Of a stretch of 64,000 nucleotides of DNA, positions 50,628 to 61,320 are shown in pieces (within the stretch, counting starts at the first letter, position 1; the number at the start of each line of letters is the position of its first letter). The position numbers and the translations under genes are program-made. The DNA lies in assembly GCA_963662405.2 (NCBI GenBank), contig CAXXKT010000001.1, positions 1,696,001-1,760,000 of the forward strand, written 5' to 3'. The notes beneath the pieces are model-generated. The model saw only the letters and a program-made list of their open reading frames with translations, was not told the DNA's origin and searched no databases. The DNA is from Syntrophales bacterium. Its GTDB lineage: Bacteria; Desulfobacterota; Syntrophia; Syntrophales; UBA2210.

Positions 50628-51833
50628 TTACCGTTTCAGGTTTTCGATGACGGTGGCGACACCAAGTCCGCCGCCGCAGCAGGAACCGAATATCCCGTAT
50701 CTGCCGCCCCGGCGGATCAGCTCGCGCATGGCGAACATTCCGCACCGGGGGCCCGAGGCGCCGTTGGGATGTCCGAAGGCGATGGCGCCGCCGTTCGGAT
50801 TCCAGTTGTCCATATTGACCTTCTCACCGGTCTGGTTTTCGATCTCCATGATAACGGCCAGGTTCTGAACGGCGAAGGCCTCGTTGCACTCCATGACATC
50901 CATGTCCCCGAGTTTCAGACCGGCACGTTTGATGGCCTGCGGCATGGCGTAACCGGGGGCGATCCCCATGATCTTGGGGTCGACACCGTAATCGGCGCCG
51001 CAGATCCATTTCGCCATCGGCTCGTAACCCAGTTCCTTGGCCTTTTCAGCGGTCATCATCAGGACGAAGGCTGAGCCGTCGTTCCGTCCGGACGAGTTTC
51101 CCGCCGTTACGGTGCCGCCCTTCTTGAAGACGGCGGGCAGGGAAAGAAGAACCTCCATTGATGACAGACGGGGATGCTCGTCCACCTTGAACTCGATGGG
51201 GGGTTTCTTTTTCCCCTGGGGGACGGTTACCGGAATGATCTCCTCGTCGAAATAGCCGGCATCCATGGCCTTCTTGGCTAGGGTCTGGCTTCGGAAGGCG
51301 AATTCATCAGAGGCCTCGCGGGAAATATCGTACATGACCTGCAGGTTCTCCGCCGTCAGACCCATCCCGATGCACTCCTCGGGGACGGGGGAGAGCTGGG
51401 TCTCCAAAGGCATAGGGGGGTTCAACCGGTACGGCTGAACGCTCATGGAAAACTTGGCCGGGATCTGACTGTAACCCTCCATCCCGCCGGCGATAACGAT
51501 GTCCGCGTGGTTGCACAGGATCTTCCAGGCCGCGTGGTTGATCGAGTCGATACCGGAACCGCACTGCATCTCGATGTAGCTGGCGGATGTGTCGTAGGGG
51601 AGCCCCGCGTAGAGGGCCGCCCACCGGGCCGGGTTCATGGCGCGGGAGCAGTGTGCTGCCGATCCCAACATGACGCAGTCCACGTGAGCTTTCTCGTGGA
51701 TCTTCGTTTTTTCGATCAAACCCTTGATGCCGATACCGGCCAGTTCTTCGGCCGAGATGTCCCGCAGGGTCCCGCCCATTCTGCCAAAGGCGGTGCGCAT
51801 CGCTTCAACAAACACTACTTCTCTCTCACTCAT
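50628..51833 (-). CDS. Thiolase (acetyl-CoA C-acyltransferase)
   Basis: QCGSG, NEAFA, GHP.GASG, CCGGG motifs. Confidence 0.95.
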   Translation of the reverse strand: MSEREVVFVEAMRTAFGRMGGTLRDISAEELAGIGIKGLIEKTKIHEKAHVDCVMLGSAAHCSRAMNPARWAALYAGLPYDTSASYIEMQCGSGIDSINHAAWKILCNHADIVIAGGMEGYSQIPAKFSMSVQPYRLNPPMPLETQLSPVPEECIGMGLTAENLQVMYDISREASDEFAFRSQTLAKKAMDAGYFDEEIIPVTVPQGKKKPPIEFKVDEHPRLSSMEVLLSLPAVFKKGGTVTAGNSSGRNDGSAFVLMMTAEKAKELGYEPMAKWICGADYGVDPKIMGIAPGYAMPQAIKRAGLKLGDMDVMECNEAFAVQNLAVIMEIENQTGEKVNMDNWNPNGGAIAFGHPNGASGPRCGMFAMRELIRRGGRYGIFGSCCGGGLGVATVIENLKR

Positions 51834-52321
51834 CTCTTCTGTATCCTCCTGTCTCGATAATGATTGTTTTTCCCTTCGCTTTCATGAAATATGTTCAAGC
51901 CGATCGTCTGTAATGTACGTACCGGAGAAGAGAACATAAGAACTGCCATAACCACGACATACGGCAACATCTAACCCCAACATTATCGGGGGGGTAACAC
52001 AACGGAGAAAAAGGATTGTAAAGTGATTTGTAAAGACTATTTGGTGATAATCACCCTCCTCCCCCATTGCCTGCGCTACCAACCCTTGCATAAAGCCCCT
52101 GAATTGTCCAGAAAAAATTTCCACGAATTGTGAGACACGAAGCAAGATGAATCATGCCGGTGAATGGCGACGCTAACATACCGGTATGTTTGTACCTTTT
52201 TGAATTCTCCCCGGGGGTTGGATGTCCCTGAGAGTAAACGAAATGGTTTGTGACAAAAGGTAAAATCGGATATATCTCCCAAAGATCGAATGTTGTAGTG
52301 GTGATCTCCAGGAGGAAGAAT

Positions 52322-53815
52322 GTGAGTCATGATCGTATTTTGAGAAAGGATCTCCTTTCGAAGGTAATGGCACCCCGGGAAGCGGCCCGACTGATCCGGA
52401 ATGGGATGACCCTGGCGTGCAGCGGATTTACCTCATGCGGATACCCGAAGGTTGTCCCCCTTGCCTTGGCGAAGCGGATCAAAGGGGGCGCTCCCATTAA
52501 AATCAATCTTATTACCGGTGCCTCGGTGGGTGAGGAATTAGACGAAGAACTCGCGTCGGTAGGGGGGATCGCCCGGCGCTATCCCTACCAAACGGGAGAA
52601 GTGATCAATCGGGCGATCAACGATGGTGCCGTGATGTACCATGATATCCACCTGAGCAGAGTGCCCGAGCAGGTCCGGTGCGGGTTTCTGGGGCACCTGG
52701 ATATGGCCGTCATCGAGGCGACGGCTATCTTGGAAGACGGCAGTATTATTCCCACCACCTCGGTGGGTGCCTCCCCGACCTTTGTCAGCGAGGCCGACGG
52801 GATCATCGTGGAGGTGAACATGGCGCAACCCATGGAATTGGCCGGGATGCACGATATCTATGTACCGAAGAATCCTCCTCACCGCAGTCCCCTGCCAATC
52901 ACCGATCCGTGCCAGCGGATCGGCCGTTTCTCCATCCCCTGTGATCCCGCAAAAATCATCGCAATCTGCCGGTCCGACAGCCTTGACAAGACAAGGCCCC
53001 TGGCGGATGTAAGCGATACGTCGCAGGGGATTGCCCGCCACCTCATCGATTTCGTCAACCGATGCATCCGGGGGAAGTTTTACGACGATCTGCCACCGCT
53101 GCAGTCGGGGGTGGGGAGTATCGCCAATGCCGTCATGGGCGGGATACTTGCGAGCGACTGGACGGACATTGGTCTGTGGGCCGAGGTCATCCAAGACGCA
53201 ATTTTCGACCTGATCGATGCGGGAAAACTCGTTTGTGCCTCGGGGACCGCACTCACGCCGTCCCCCGAAGGGCTGATGCGCTTTTACCGGAATATCGATA
53301 CCTATCGTGAAAAGATCATCCTCAGGCCCCAGGAGATCAGTAACAGCGCCGAGGTGATCAATCGGTTGGGTGTCGTGGCGATGAATACGGCGATTGAGGC
53401 CGATATATACGGGAACGTGAATTCAACCCACACCTTCGGGAACCGTGTCATCAACGGTATAGGGGGATCGGGTGACTTTTCGCGGAACGCCTTCCTCTCC
53501 GTTTTCATGACTCCCTCGACGGCCCGGGGAGGAACTATCTCAAGGATCGTTCCCTGCGTGACCCATGTCGATCATACGGAACATGAGGTCCACGTCATTG
53601 TGACCGAACAAGGGGTGGCGGATCTCCGGGGACTCGATCCCCGTGAACGTCCTGAGGTGATTATCGAAAACTGTGCCCACCCCGCCTATCGGGATCCCCT
53701 GCGGGATTACTGCCGCCGTGCGCTGCGGGGGGCGGGAGGACACACACCACTTCTCCTTGATGAAGTATTCTCCTGGCATGCACGCTATCAGGAAAAAGGA
53801 ACGATGCTTCCTTGA
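52322..53815 (+). CDS. Acetyl-CoA hydrolase/succinyl-CoA:acetate CoA-transferase family
   Basis: SGFT..G.PK, QSGVG..ANA, NG.GGSGDF.RN, VTEQG.ADLRG motifs; AGGAGG RBS before GTG 52322. Confidence 0.92.
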   Translation: MSHDRILRKDLLSKVMAPREAARLIRNGMTLACSGFTSCGYPKVVPLALAKRIKGGAPIKINLITGASVGEELDEELASVGGIARRYPYQTGEVINRAINDGAVMYHDIHLSRVPEQVRCGFLGHLDMAVIEATAILEDGSIIPTTSVGASPTFVSEADGIIVEVNMAQPMELAGMHDIYVPKNPPHRSPLPITDPCQRIGRFSIPCDPAKIIAICRSDSLDKTRPLADVSDTSQGIARHLIDFVNRCIRGKFYDDLPPLQSGVGSIANAVMGGILASDWTDIGLWAEVIQDAIFDLIDAGKLVCASGTALTPSPEGLMRFYRNIDTYREKIILRPQEISNSAEVINRLGVVAMNTAIEADIYGNVNSTHTFGNRVINGIGGSGDFSRNAFLSVFMTPSTARGGTISRIVPCVTHVDHTEHEVHVIVTEQGVADLRGLDPRERPEVIIENCAHPAYRDPLRDYCRRALRGAGGHTPLLLDEVFSWHARYQEKGTMLP

Positions 53816-54203
53816 GGTAGGCCCTGAGCACAATCAGAGAAAGAGGGGGTGTCGGTATGATATCAGATGCACCACAAGAGCCGTGAAGAAGAGCATCTTT
53901 TCGTCACGGAAGGTTTGATGGCTGAAGCGGGTGGGCCCCACGGGAGTCGCATTCATGCCCTGTCGGCTCTTATTCCATGCCTGACGGTTTCCTGCGGCGA
54001 GTCCTCTGAAGGTGACCGTTTCAATGGGGAGAGGGAACGGTAAGGTCCGGGTACCGGGAATACCGTTATATCGGGGATTGAAAGAATCGAAAAAAAATGA
54101 CTGTTCCCTCTCAGTCCCGGTGAGGATAAAAACACGTGTTCGGAGTGGTTCTTTTCCTCGCCCCGCGAAGAGAGAAGGACTCTCTTACATGTGTGGAAGA
54201 AAC

Positions 54204-54235
54204 AAAAAAAGCCGGAGGTTACTTCCGGCTTTTTT
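54204..54235. terminator. Bidirectional intrinsic terminator
   Basis: A7-GCCGGAG-GTTA-CTTCCGGC-T6. Confidence 0.88.
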
Positions 54236-54256
54236 GTCACACGTGACGGGATCGGT

Positions 54257-55372
54257 CTAATCTAAATACTTGGTTTGGACGCTCCGAAGGATGCCTTCCG
54301 TATCCTTCACCACTTTCCTGACCATATCATTAACCACGGGCATGTCTTTGATTTGTTGAGCCGCCTCGCCGGCGGCCATCATTGCCCTTTCCGGATTCCC
54401 TTCGCAAACGGTCTTGATGGACTCGATCTCGTAGTCGATCAGAGACGTATCTTCCATATTCATAGAGCTGTCGGGTGTTCCGAGGAACACGCCGGGAGAT
54501 TTCTGCAGGGTGTTTTTCTGGTGTTCGAGGCTGCGGGATGTTTTTACCCAGCGCGCAGGACCCACAACCCCCCGGGCCACGAGTGTGCCTCGGTCCGGGG
54601 CATCGACAACGGCCTGCTTCCAGATCTGATGGAAGTCGCTTTCCTGCGTCGCGAGGAACCGGGTTCCCATCTGGGCGCCATCGGCTCCCAGGGTCAAGGC
54701 CGCGGCCAGGGTTCTGCCGTCGCAGTATCCACCGGCACCGCATACGAGGGTATTCTCGTCGGAGACGGCTTCGACCACGGCAGGCAGCAGGATCATGGAA
54801 TGGACCGGTTCCCAGGACGTATGAAAGCCGCCTTCATGACCGGACGCCACGATCACATCCACACCCGCCTTTTTGCAGCGCAGGGCGCCTTTCACGGAGG
54901 GGACGACATGCATCCAGGTGAAGCCCACCCCCTTGATCTTTGCCTTCCAGCCAAGGGGATCTCCGGCGGAGGTGAAGATCACCTTGAATGGATTCTTCCT
55001 GTCAGGGTTTTCTTCTCGGACCTTAATGGCTGTGTCGATCATAACCTGTGAGTGTTGAACCAGCTCTGCCGATACCATGACATTGATGCCGAAGATGCCG
55101 CCCGTGTCCTTGACGAGACGATACGTCCGTTTCAGGACCGTCTCGAGCACCGTGGCCATGTCATCGTCACGGTTTGCTTCGCCGCTGTCCACGAAGGCGT
55201 TGTAAATCCAGGGTTGATCATCTTTGTGGAAGAGACCGCTGGTGGAAAGAAGTCCAAGGACACCCGCGTTGGCTACGGCGACACAGACAGTAGTGTTGCT
55301 GAAAGGGCCCATTCCCGCCTGGATGATGGGATATTTGATCCCGACCAGGTCACAGAGCCTTGACTTAATCAT
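54257..55372 (-). CDS. Nitronate monooxygenase/FabK-like FMN oxidoreductase
   Basis: YPIIQAGMG, G.EGG.H, AGG..DGR, GA....MGTRF.A..E motifs. Confidence 0.88.
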   Translation of the reverse strand: MIKSRLCDLVGIKYPIIQAGMGPFSNTTVCVAVANAGVLGLLSTSGLFHKDDQPWIYNAFVDSGEANRDDDMATVLETVLKRTYRLVKDTGGIFGINVMVSAELVQHSQVMIDTAIKVREENPDRKNPFKVIFTSAGDPLGWKAKIKGVGFTWMHVVPSVKGALRCKKAGVDVIVASGHEGGFHTSWEPVHSMILLPAVVEAVSDENTLVCGAGGYCDGRTLAAALTLGADGAQMGTRFLATQESDFHQIWKQAVVDAPDRGTLVARGVVGPARWVKTSRSLEHQKNTLQKSPGVFLGTPDSSMNMEDTSLIDYEIESIKTVCEGNPERAMMAAGEAAQQIKDMPVVNDMVRKVVKDTEGILRSVQTKYLD

Positions 55373-55514
55373 GAAAACTACCTCCAAACATTAATGTGTT
55401 ATCGTTGTGGCCCGGAGACCACGGCCCTGCATTCAGGGTGTCTCCCCTGTTCCAGAAATCTCAGCTAATGATTGTATATCGATTTTGTTTTCTAGAGGAA
55501 CGGCGGGTGGGGTC

Positions 55515-55531
55515 TGGTCATTTTATGACCA
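55515..55531. promoter_or_regulatory. Operator palindrome TGGTCAT-TTT-ATGACCA just downstream of a putative TTGACA-18-TATAGG promoter (55571-55542, minus strand)
   Basis: Perfect 7-3-7 inverted repeat upstream of the FabK-like gene. Confidence 0.6.
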
Positions 55532-55604
55532 AGACTGGCTTCCTATACAGTGGAGGGACCCCTTTTGTCAAGTGAACAAACACAACTGAGTTGAGGAGAT
55601 TTCC

Positions 55605-57692
55605 TTAATCGAACACAACCGGTTCCCGGAGGATGGTCCTTCGTGCCGCGGCGGCCAGGGAGGCTTCCCGGGGATGCGTATCTTTGAGAGATGCTATCTG
55701 GTGAAGGCTGTCCGCCGTTCTTGATATCAGCATGGCCAGATCGCCGTCCGCTACCTTCGCCCGGTGAATGACACGATCCCAGGAGGCCCCCGCCGCCCAT
55801 CCGTAGATCGCAGCGGATGCCCACAGCGGAAGGGGTGCTATGTCGAACCCCGCCTCCGTCATCCTTTCTGCAAGGGGAGATATGGCCCGTGTGACGCGAT
55901 TATACGCCTTGTTGAGGCGTTTCGGCAGAGAGCTCTTGACAATTGTAACGGTGGAGCTCCTGTCACAGACAAAGGATGCGATAACGGCGGCAAGGAGGGC
56001 CTCATTGTCGCGGGGGAGGGCGTTCTCTCTCAGGCATTCCGCGATCAGGAGGGGTTGATCCAGCCTCAACTGTGATGCCCAGATCCCATCTTCCGTGAGG
56101 TGATTTCGTCCGTCCACGAATCCTTCCGCTTTCAGAAAATCGAGGTGCCGATTGAAATCATCCCAGAGGGTCGTTGTGCCCTGTCTCTTCCGATGCTGGT
56201 AATCCGCCAGCGAACGCTGGAAGATCTCTCCGATCTCTTCGGGGGTATGAGAGAGGAGGAGATTGAGAATCATCGAAAAATCACTGCGGAGACGACTTGT
56301 TATCTCTTCCGGTCCCCTGAAAAGGGTCTTTCTGATATGAACAAGGTCCATAAATCGTCCCGGGAAGGTTAACATAAAGCCTATCTTGTCCTTGCCTCTC
56401 CTGCCGGCCCTTCCGGTCATCTGATGGAAGGCGGTCGCGTCCAGGGGGATAAACTCGTGACCATTGAACTGGTCGGAGTTGAAAAGGACCACACTCCGTG
56501 CGGGGAAGTTCACTCCGGCGGCCACGGTGGATGTGGCGAACACCGCATCAAGGTATCCTCCGTTCATCATTGTTTCCACGACGGCTTTCCACAGAGGAAG
56601 CTGACCTCCGTGGTGGGAACCGACCCCGGCATGGCGCAGGGCCTGCAGTTGCTTGTGGTTTTTCAGGTAAGGGTGTCGCATGAGCATCTCGTCGAGGTCC
56701 CGCTCAAAGGGCTCCCGGTTCCGGTGATTTGAAAGGTGTGTGCACAGCTCCACCGCCGCATCACATTCCCCTCGTGATTTCAGGAAGAAGATCGCCGGGA
56801 GGAGATCGAACGCGCGCATGGTTTCTATGATGGAGTCGAAAGGGGGGAGTTTCCCCCTGGAGGAACGTCGGTGTCCCTTTTTCGCGAGCCACGTGGCAGG
56901 GGCCTTGTGGAGTCTGTCCTCGTCCAAGAGAGGTGTTATGAAACCCGGCGGATCGAGAAAAAGAGGGTACAATGGGACGGGTCGGATCGTATCTTCCACG
57001 ACGACGCATTCCTTGCCCCTGAGGGTACTCAGCCACCCGGCAATCTCCCGGTTGTTTCCGATGGTCGCGGAGAGGAGAAGCAGACGCACCCTGACGGGAA
57101 GGTAGATCATGATCTCTTCCCATACCACCCCCCGGTCTTTGTCTCCCAGAAAGTGTGCCTCATCCAGGATGACAAGGTCATAATCGAGACTTTCGCCCCG
57201 GTACATGGCTTCATACAGCTTGTTCCGCAGGATCTCGGTTGTCCCGACGATGATGGGGGCATCCGCATTTTCCTTGGTGTCTCCGGTCAGGATTCCGACT
57301 TGTCCATCTCCGAAGATATCGCCAAACTCGGTTCGTTTCGAGTTGGTCAGGGCCTTGAGGGGAGAGGCGTACCAGCAGCGTCCTCCCTCCGCGTGGATTA
57401 ATTGGATGGCCTTCTCGGCAATCCATGTTTTTCCCGCTCCGGTTGGTGCCGTTACGAGGCAGTCGGTTTGCCGTATGGTCTCGATGGCTTCAAGCTGGAA
57501 AGGGTCCGGGGTCAAAGGCGCCGGATCCGGATTCCCGATACGGGCAAATACCTTCTCTAACGCGGGATCCGCCTTCGGTTGAACCGCTTTTCGCTCTTCC
57601 CGATGTATGCGCGGGTTCTTGCCCGTGGAATGGTGGAATGGTTTTCCTGCTTTTCGGGGGATGGTGTGTATCTTTCGTTTGTATGTTGTCAT
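55605..57692 (-). CDS. Ski2/HelY-like DEAD/DEAH-box helicase
   Basis: APTGAGKT, SPLKAL.N, DEAH, LSAT, HHGG, QMTGRAGRRG motifs; start uncertain. Confidence 0.9.
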   Translation of the reverse strand: MTTYKRKIHTIPRKAGKPFHHSTGKNPRIHREERKAVQPKADPALEKVFARIGNPDPAPLTPDPFQLEAIETIRQTDCLVTAPTGAGKTWIAEKAIQLIHAEGGRCWYASPLKALTNSKRTEFGDIFGDGQVGILTGDTKENADAPIIVGTTEILRNKLYEAMYRGESLDYDLVILDEAHFLGDKDRGVVWEEIMIYLPVRVRLLLLSATIGNNREIAGWLSTLRGKECVVVEDTIRPVPLYPLFLDPPGFITPLLDEDRLHKAPATWLAKKGHRRSSRGKLPPFDSIIETMRAFDLLPAIFFLKSRGECDAAVELCTHLSNHRNREPFERDLDEMLMRHPYLKNHKQLQALRHAGVGSHHGGQLPLWKAVVETMMNGGYLDAVFATSTVAAGVNFPARSVVLFNSDQFNGHEFIPLDATAFHQMTGRAGRRGKDKIGFMLTFPGRFMDLVHIRKTLFRGPEEITSRLRSDFSMILNLLLSHTPEEIGEIFQRSLADYQHRKRQGTTTLWDDFNRHLDFLKAEGFVDGRNHLTEDGIWASQLRLDQPLLIAECLRENALPRDNEALLAAVIASFVCDRSSTVTIVKSSLPKRLNKAYNRVTRAISPLAERMTEAGFDIAPLPLWASAAIYGWAAGASWDRVIHRAKVADGDLAMLISRTADSLHQIASLKDTHPREASLAAAARRTILREPVVFD

Positions 57693-58416
57693 AAGAGGAT
57701 AGTGCAAACTCCGATGTGTCCTATGGGATGACTGGTAGATATCACACTTTGAGGGACTTGTAAAAAAAGGAGATTGTCGTATGGCGATCCCCGACGGGGA
57801 AAGGGGGGATCGCCGGGAGCCGGCTTTGTCTCCCCCGCCGTTTCGATAAGACTTCATATGTTCGCAGTGGCCTGATCAACTTGATACCGGTACCTCGATG
57901 GATCATAACGGCCAGGGTTCGGATTGTCGTGGTCGGTTTGATGGCTGCGGATTTTGTTCGGACACCGACGAATGACGAATGCCCTCGTTTTGATTATCCT
58001 TTCACCGGTTTCCTCCGGATTCAGAGCGAAGACGAACGGTGCCGTATGGCCGAGATCGCGAGAGGCGGGTATCACTGTAAGGGCGGCTTCTTCAACAATC
58101 CAATCCGATGGTTTGGGACAGCGTACCGCTGTATTTTAACCACTGAAAATCAGAAAGCTAAATGATAACTATCTGAAATTATTAGACAGCTGTAGATGCC
58201 TGTCTTGCGGGCAATCCGGTATAAGTGAGAAGTTGAAGCACACTTGCGTTTCCTTTCAACAGCGTTATCAACAGGTCTGTCAACAGGACTGTGGATTGTT
58301 GGCGTTGTGTTTTGTCGTACTGGAAATTACATGAAATCTCCCCGGAGATATCCGCAATGAGAGATCCGTTGGGGAACCTCGAAAGGTGGGTGAACCGAAC
58401 GTGTAAGCGGGGTGTA

Positions 58417-58493
58417 TGGTGGGCCGTACCGGATTTGAACCGGTGACCAACTGATTAAAAGTCAGCTGCTCTACCAAACTGAGCTAACGGCCC
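58417..58493 (-). tRNA. tRNA-Lys(UUU)
   Basis: 77-nt cloverleaf GGGCCGT...ACGGCCC-A-CCA; anticodon loop CTTTTAA; T loop TTCAAAT. Confidence 0.97.
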
Positions 58494-58644
58494 CTGATCC
58501 TGCCGTGATAAGCGCTGCTACCTAACAAGAAGAGGGCTCAAATGCAAGAAGAAAATGACAGTCCTGTTGTCAAGAGGTGGACAGTATGATAAACAATATC
58601 CGCTCTCGAGCGGTGTCGGATACCGATATGAGGATGGTCTGAAT

Positions 58645-59466
58645 ATGCACGATATACTAAGAAAAGTCCAGGTCAATGTGCCCTTTCGGATGCTGGTTGA
58701 CGGGTATCTCGATCTGATCCTGAAAGAAAGGATCAATCCGGAAATCGGCTTGGATTGTCTTGCACTTGACCGTTTCAAGCGGAGTGAATTCCGCGACGTG
58801 GCTGATGCCCTCCACGGTGCGGGGCTTTCCGTTACCCTGCACGCCCCTTTTTTTGACCTGAGGCCCGGCGCCATTGACCGAAAGATACGGGCGGTAACGG
58901 TGGAACGCCTCAGGCAGGCCTTTGATCTGGTCCCCTGCTTCAGGCCGCGGACCGTGGTTTGTCATGCCGCCTTTGACGAGAAATACTATGTGTCCCACGA
59001 GCGGGAGTGGCTGGAAAGCAGCAGAGAAACATGGCGTGATATCGTGAAGATGATCGCTGAAACGGAGACGCGGGTGGCGATCGAAAATGTATATGAGAGC
59101 AGTCCGGCGCTCCTCCGTCTCCTGCTGGACACATGGGGAGAATCGCCCGATATCTGCTTCTGCTTCGACACCGGACACTTCAACGCCTTTTCCCGGTCGG
59201 ATCTCGGTGCATGGATGGATGCCATTGGTCCCCGGATCGGTCAGATTCACCTCCATGATAACCATGGCGCATTCGATGAACACCTGCCGGTGGGGGAGGG
59301 GAGCTTCCCTTTTCAACGGTTCTTCGGGTTGCTGCGGCAAAGGAACATCGAACCGATCATCACACTGGAGCCGCATACGCAGGAAAACCTGTGGCGTACA
59401 CTGCAAAATATCAGACGAATGGGACTAGCCGGAGAGGTGGATCGCTGTGCTCGGATATATTCTTAA
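58645..59466 (+). CDS. Sugar-phosphate isomerase/AP-endonuclease-2 TIM-barrel protein
   Basis: HAPF.DL, IEN, FDTGH, HLHDN....D.HL..G.G, TLEPH motifs. Confidence 0.88.
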   Translation: MHDILRKVQVNVPFRMLVDGYLDLILKERINPEIGLDCLALDRFKRSEFRDVADALHGAGLSVTLHAPFFDLRPGAIDRKIRAVTVERLRQAFDLVPCFRPRTVVCHAAFDEKYYVSHEREWLESSRETWRDIVKMIAETETRVAIENVYESSPALLRLLLDTWGESPDICFCFDTGHFNAFSRSDLGAWMDAIGPRIGQIHLHDNHGAFDEHLPVGEGSFPFQRFFGLLRQRNIEPIITLEPHTQENLWRTLQNIRRMGLAGEVDRCARIYS

Positions 59467-60421
59467 ACGTCTGCTCCTTATGGTGCCTCTTCTCGTGGGG
59501 ATTACGATCGTTTGTTTTGTCGTGATCCACTTGACTCCCGGTTCTCCCACCGATATGCAGACGGATCTGAACCCGCGGGTCTCGGCAGAGGCGAAGGCGC
59601 GTCTCCAGTCGATGTATGATCTCGACAAACCCATCCACGAGCAGTACCTGCTGTGGGTCGGACGGCTCGCGACCCTTGACTTGGGACGATCCTTTTCCCC
59701 CGATCACCGGCCGGTTATCGACAAGATAGCGGAGCGAATCCCCATCACGATCATCATCAACGTTCTCTCGATGGGCCTGATCATCTTGGTTGCCATTCCC
59801 ATCGGTGTTCTCTCCGCGGTACGTCAGGACTCTCTCTTCGATAAGGCGACGGCGGTCATTGTATTCATCGGATTTGCCGTTCCCACCTTCTGGCTCGCCC
59901 TTCTCCTGATGATCCTCTTCGGGGTGGACTTGGGCTGGCTCCCCATATCGGGGATCCGGTCCCTGAACTATGAGTATCTTCCCCCCCTCGCGGCTGCTGT
60001 TGATCTCCTGAAACACCTCATCCTGCCGGTCCTTCTCTCGGCCTTCGGGGGGCTTGCGGGGCTCTCACGCTACATGCGTTCCAATATGCTGGAGGTGATC
60101 CGACAGGATTACATCACGACGGCGCGTGCCAAGGGGCTCAGCGAGCGGGTCGTTATCTATAAGCACGCGCTGAGGAACGCCCTTCTCCCGGTCATCACGA
60201 TCCTGGGGCTGTCAATCCCCGGTCTCATCGGGGGGAGTGTCATCTTTGAAACGATATTCGCCATCCCGGGGATGGGGCAGCTTTTCTACATGTCCGTCAT
60301 GTCACGCGATTATCCCGTGGTTATGGGGATCCTCTTTATCGGGGCGGTCCTGACGCTGATTGGAAACCTGGTGGCCGATATTTCCTATGCCGTGGCTGAC
60401 CCACGGATACGGGTCGCATAG
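59447..60421 (+). CDS. Peptide/nickel ABC transporter permease (DppB/OppB-like)
   Basis: R..MLEV..QDYI.TARAKGL EAA motif; DPRI C-terminus. Confidence 0.93.
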   Translation: MLGYILKRLLLMVPLLVGITIVCFVVIHLTPGSPTDMQTDLNPRVSAEAKARLQSMYDLDKPIHEQYLLWVGRLATLDLGRSFSPDHRPVIDKIAERIPITIIINVLSMGLIILVAIPIGVLSAVRQDSLFDKATAVIVFIGFAVPTFWLALLLMILFGVDLGWLPISGIRSLNYEYLPPLAAAVDLLKHLILPVLLSAFGGLAGLSRYMRSNMLEVIRQDYITTARAKGLSERVVIYKHALRNALLPVITILGLSIPGLIGGSVIFETIFAIPGMGQLFYMSVMSRDYPVVMGILFIGAVLTLIGNLVADISYAVADPRIRVA

Positions 60422-60439
60422 CATGTCTCTTGAGGGGGA

Positions 60440-61279
60440 ATGAGCGTCATGAAAACGGATTTCTGGTACCGATTCTTCAGGAACAGGATGGCGGTGGCGG
60501 GAGGGGTGGTGGTTCTTATCCTCTTTGTCATTTCCCTCTGTGCTCCCTGGCTTTCCCCCTATGACCCGAATGAGATAAACTTACATAAGGTCTTGGTCTC
60601 CCCCTCCCACGCTCACCTCTTCGGGACCGATCAGTTGGGGCGTGATGTCCTGAGCCGGGTGATAGGGGGGGCCGGTATATCGCTCAAGGTAGGGTTTGTG
60701 GCAACCGGTTTCTCGCTGCTGGTAGGGGTCATCCTTGGTGCCCTTGCCGGCTATTACGGGGGGTGGATCGATGCGGTGATCATGCGCTTTGTCGATATCA
60801 TGCTCTGTTTTCCGGCCTTTTTTCTGATCCTTGCCGTTATTGCCATCCTGGAGCCTTCGATTTGGAATATCATGATCGTAATTGGCCTGACCGGTTGGAT
60901 GGGGATTACCCGTCTGGTGAGGGCCGACTTCATCTCTCTCAGAGAGCGGGACTTTGTGCAGGCGGCTCGTGCCATCGGGGCCGGTGACCTGCGCATTATC
61001 TTCCGGCATATCCTGCCCAACGCCATGGCATCCATCCTGGTGGCCGCCACCCTCGGCGTTGCGGGGGCCATCCTGACGGAATCGGCGCTCAGCTTTCTGG
61101 GGATCGGTGTACAGCCCCCCACGCCGAGTTGGGGGAATATCCTCACGGCGGGGAAGAACAATATTGACATTGCTTGGTGGCTTTCACTCTATCCGGGACT
61201 GGCAATTCTGCTAACCGTCCTGGGATATAACCTGCTGGGCGAAGGGATACGGGATTCCCTCGACCCGCGCCTTAGGTAA
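60440..61279 (+). CDS. Peptide/nickel ABC transporter permease (DppC/OppC-like)
   Basis: GTD.LGRD, FV.AARA.G, ESALSFLG.G..PP.PSWG motifs. Confidence 0.93.
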   Translation: MSVMKTDFWYRFFRNRMAVAGGVVVLILFVISLCAPWLSPYDPNEINLHKVLVSPSHAHLFGTDQLGRDVLSRVIGGAGISLKVGFVATGFSLLVGVILGALAGYYGGWIDAVIMRFVDIMLCFPAFFLILAVIAILEPSIWNIMIVIGLTGWMGITRLVRADFISLRERDFVQAARAIGAGDLRIIFRHILPNAMASILVAATLGVAGAILTESALSFLGIGVQPPTPSWGNILTAGKNNIDIAWWLSLYPGLAILLTVLGYNLLGEGIRDSLDPRLR

Positions 61280-61320
61280 GAGCTTGTAGTCGGATCGAAT
61301 TGGAGAGGAAGGAGTAGTCA

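Noticed and set aside
53929..53950. GGTGGGCCCCACGGGAGTCG as a duplicated tRNA 3' end (att site) bounding an island with tRNA-Lys
   Set aside because: Only 8 bp match the tRNA-Lys end, and there is no integrase
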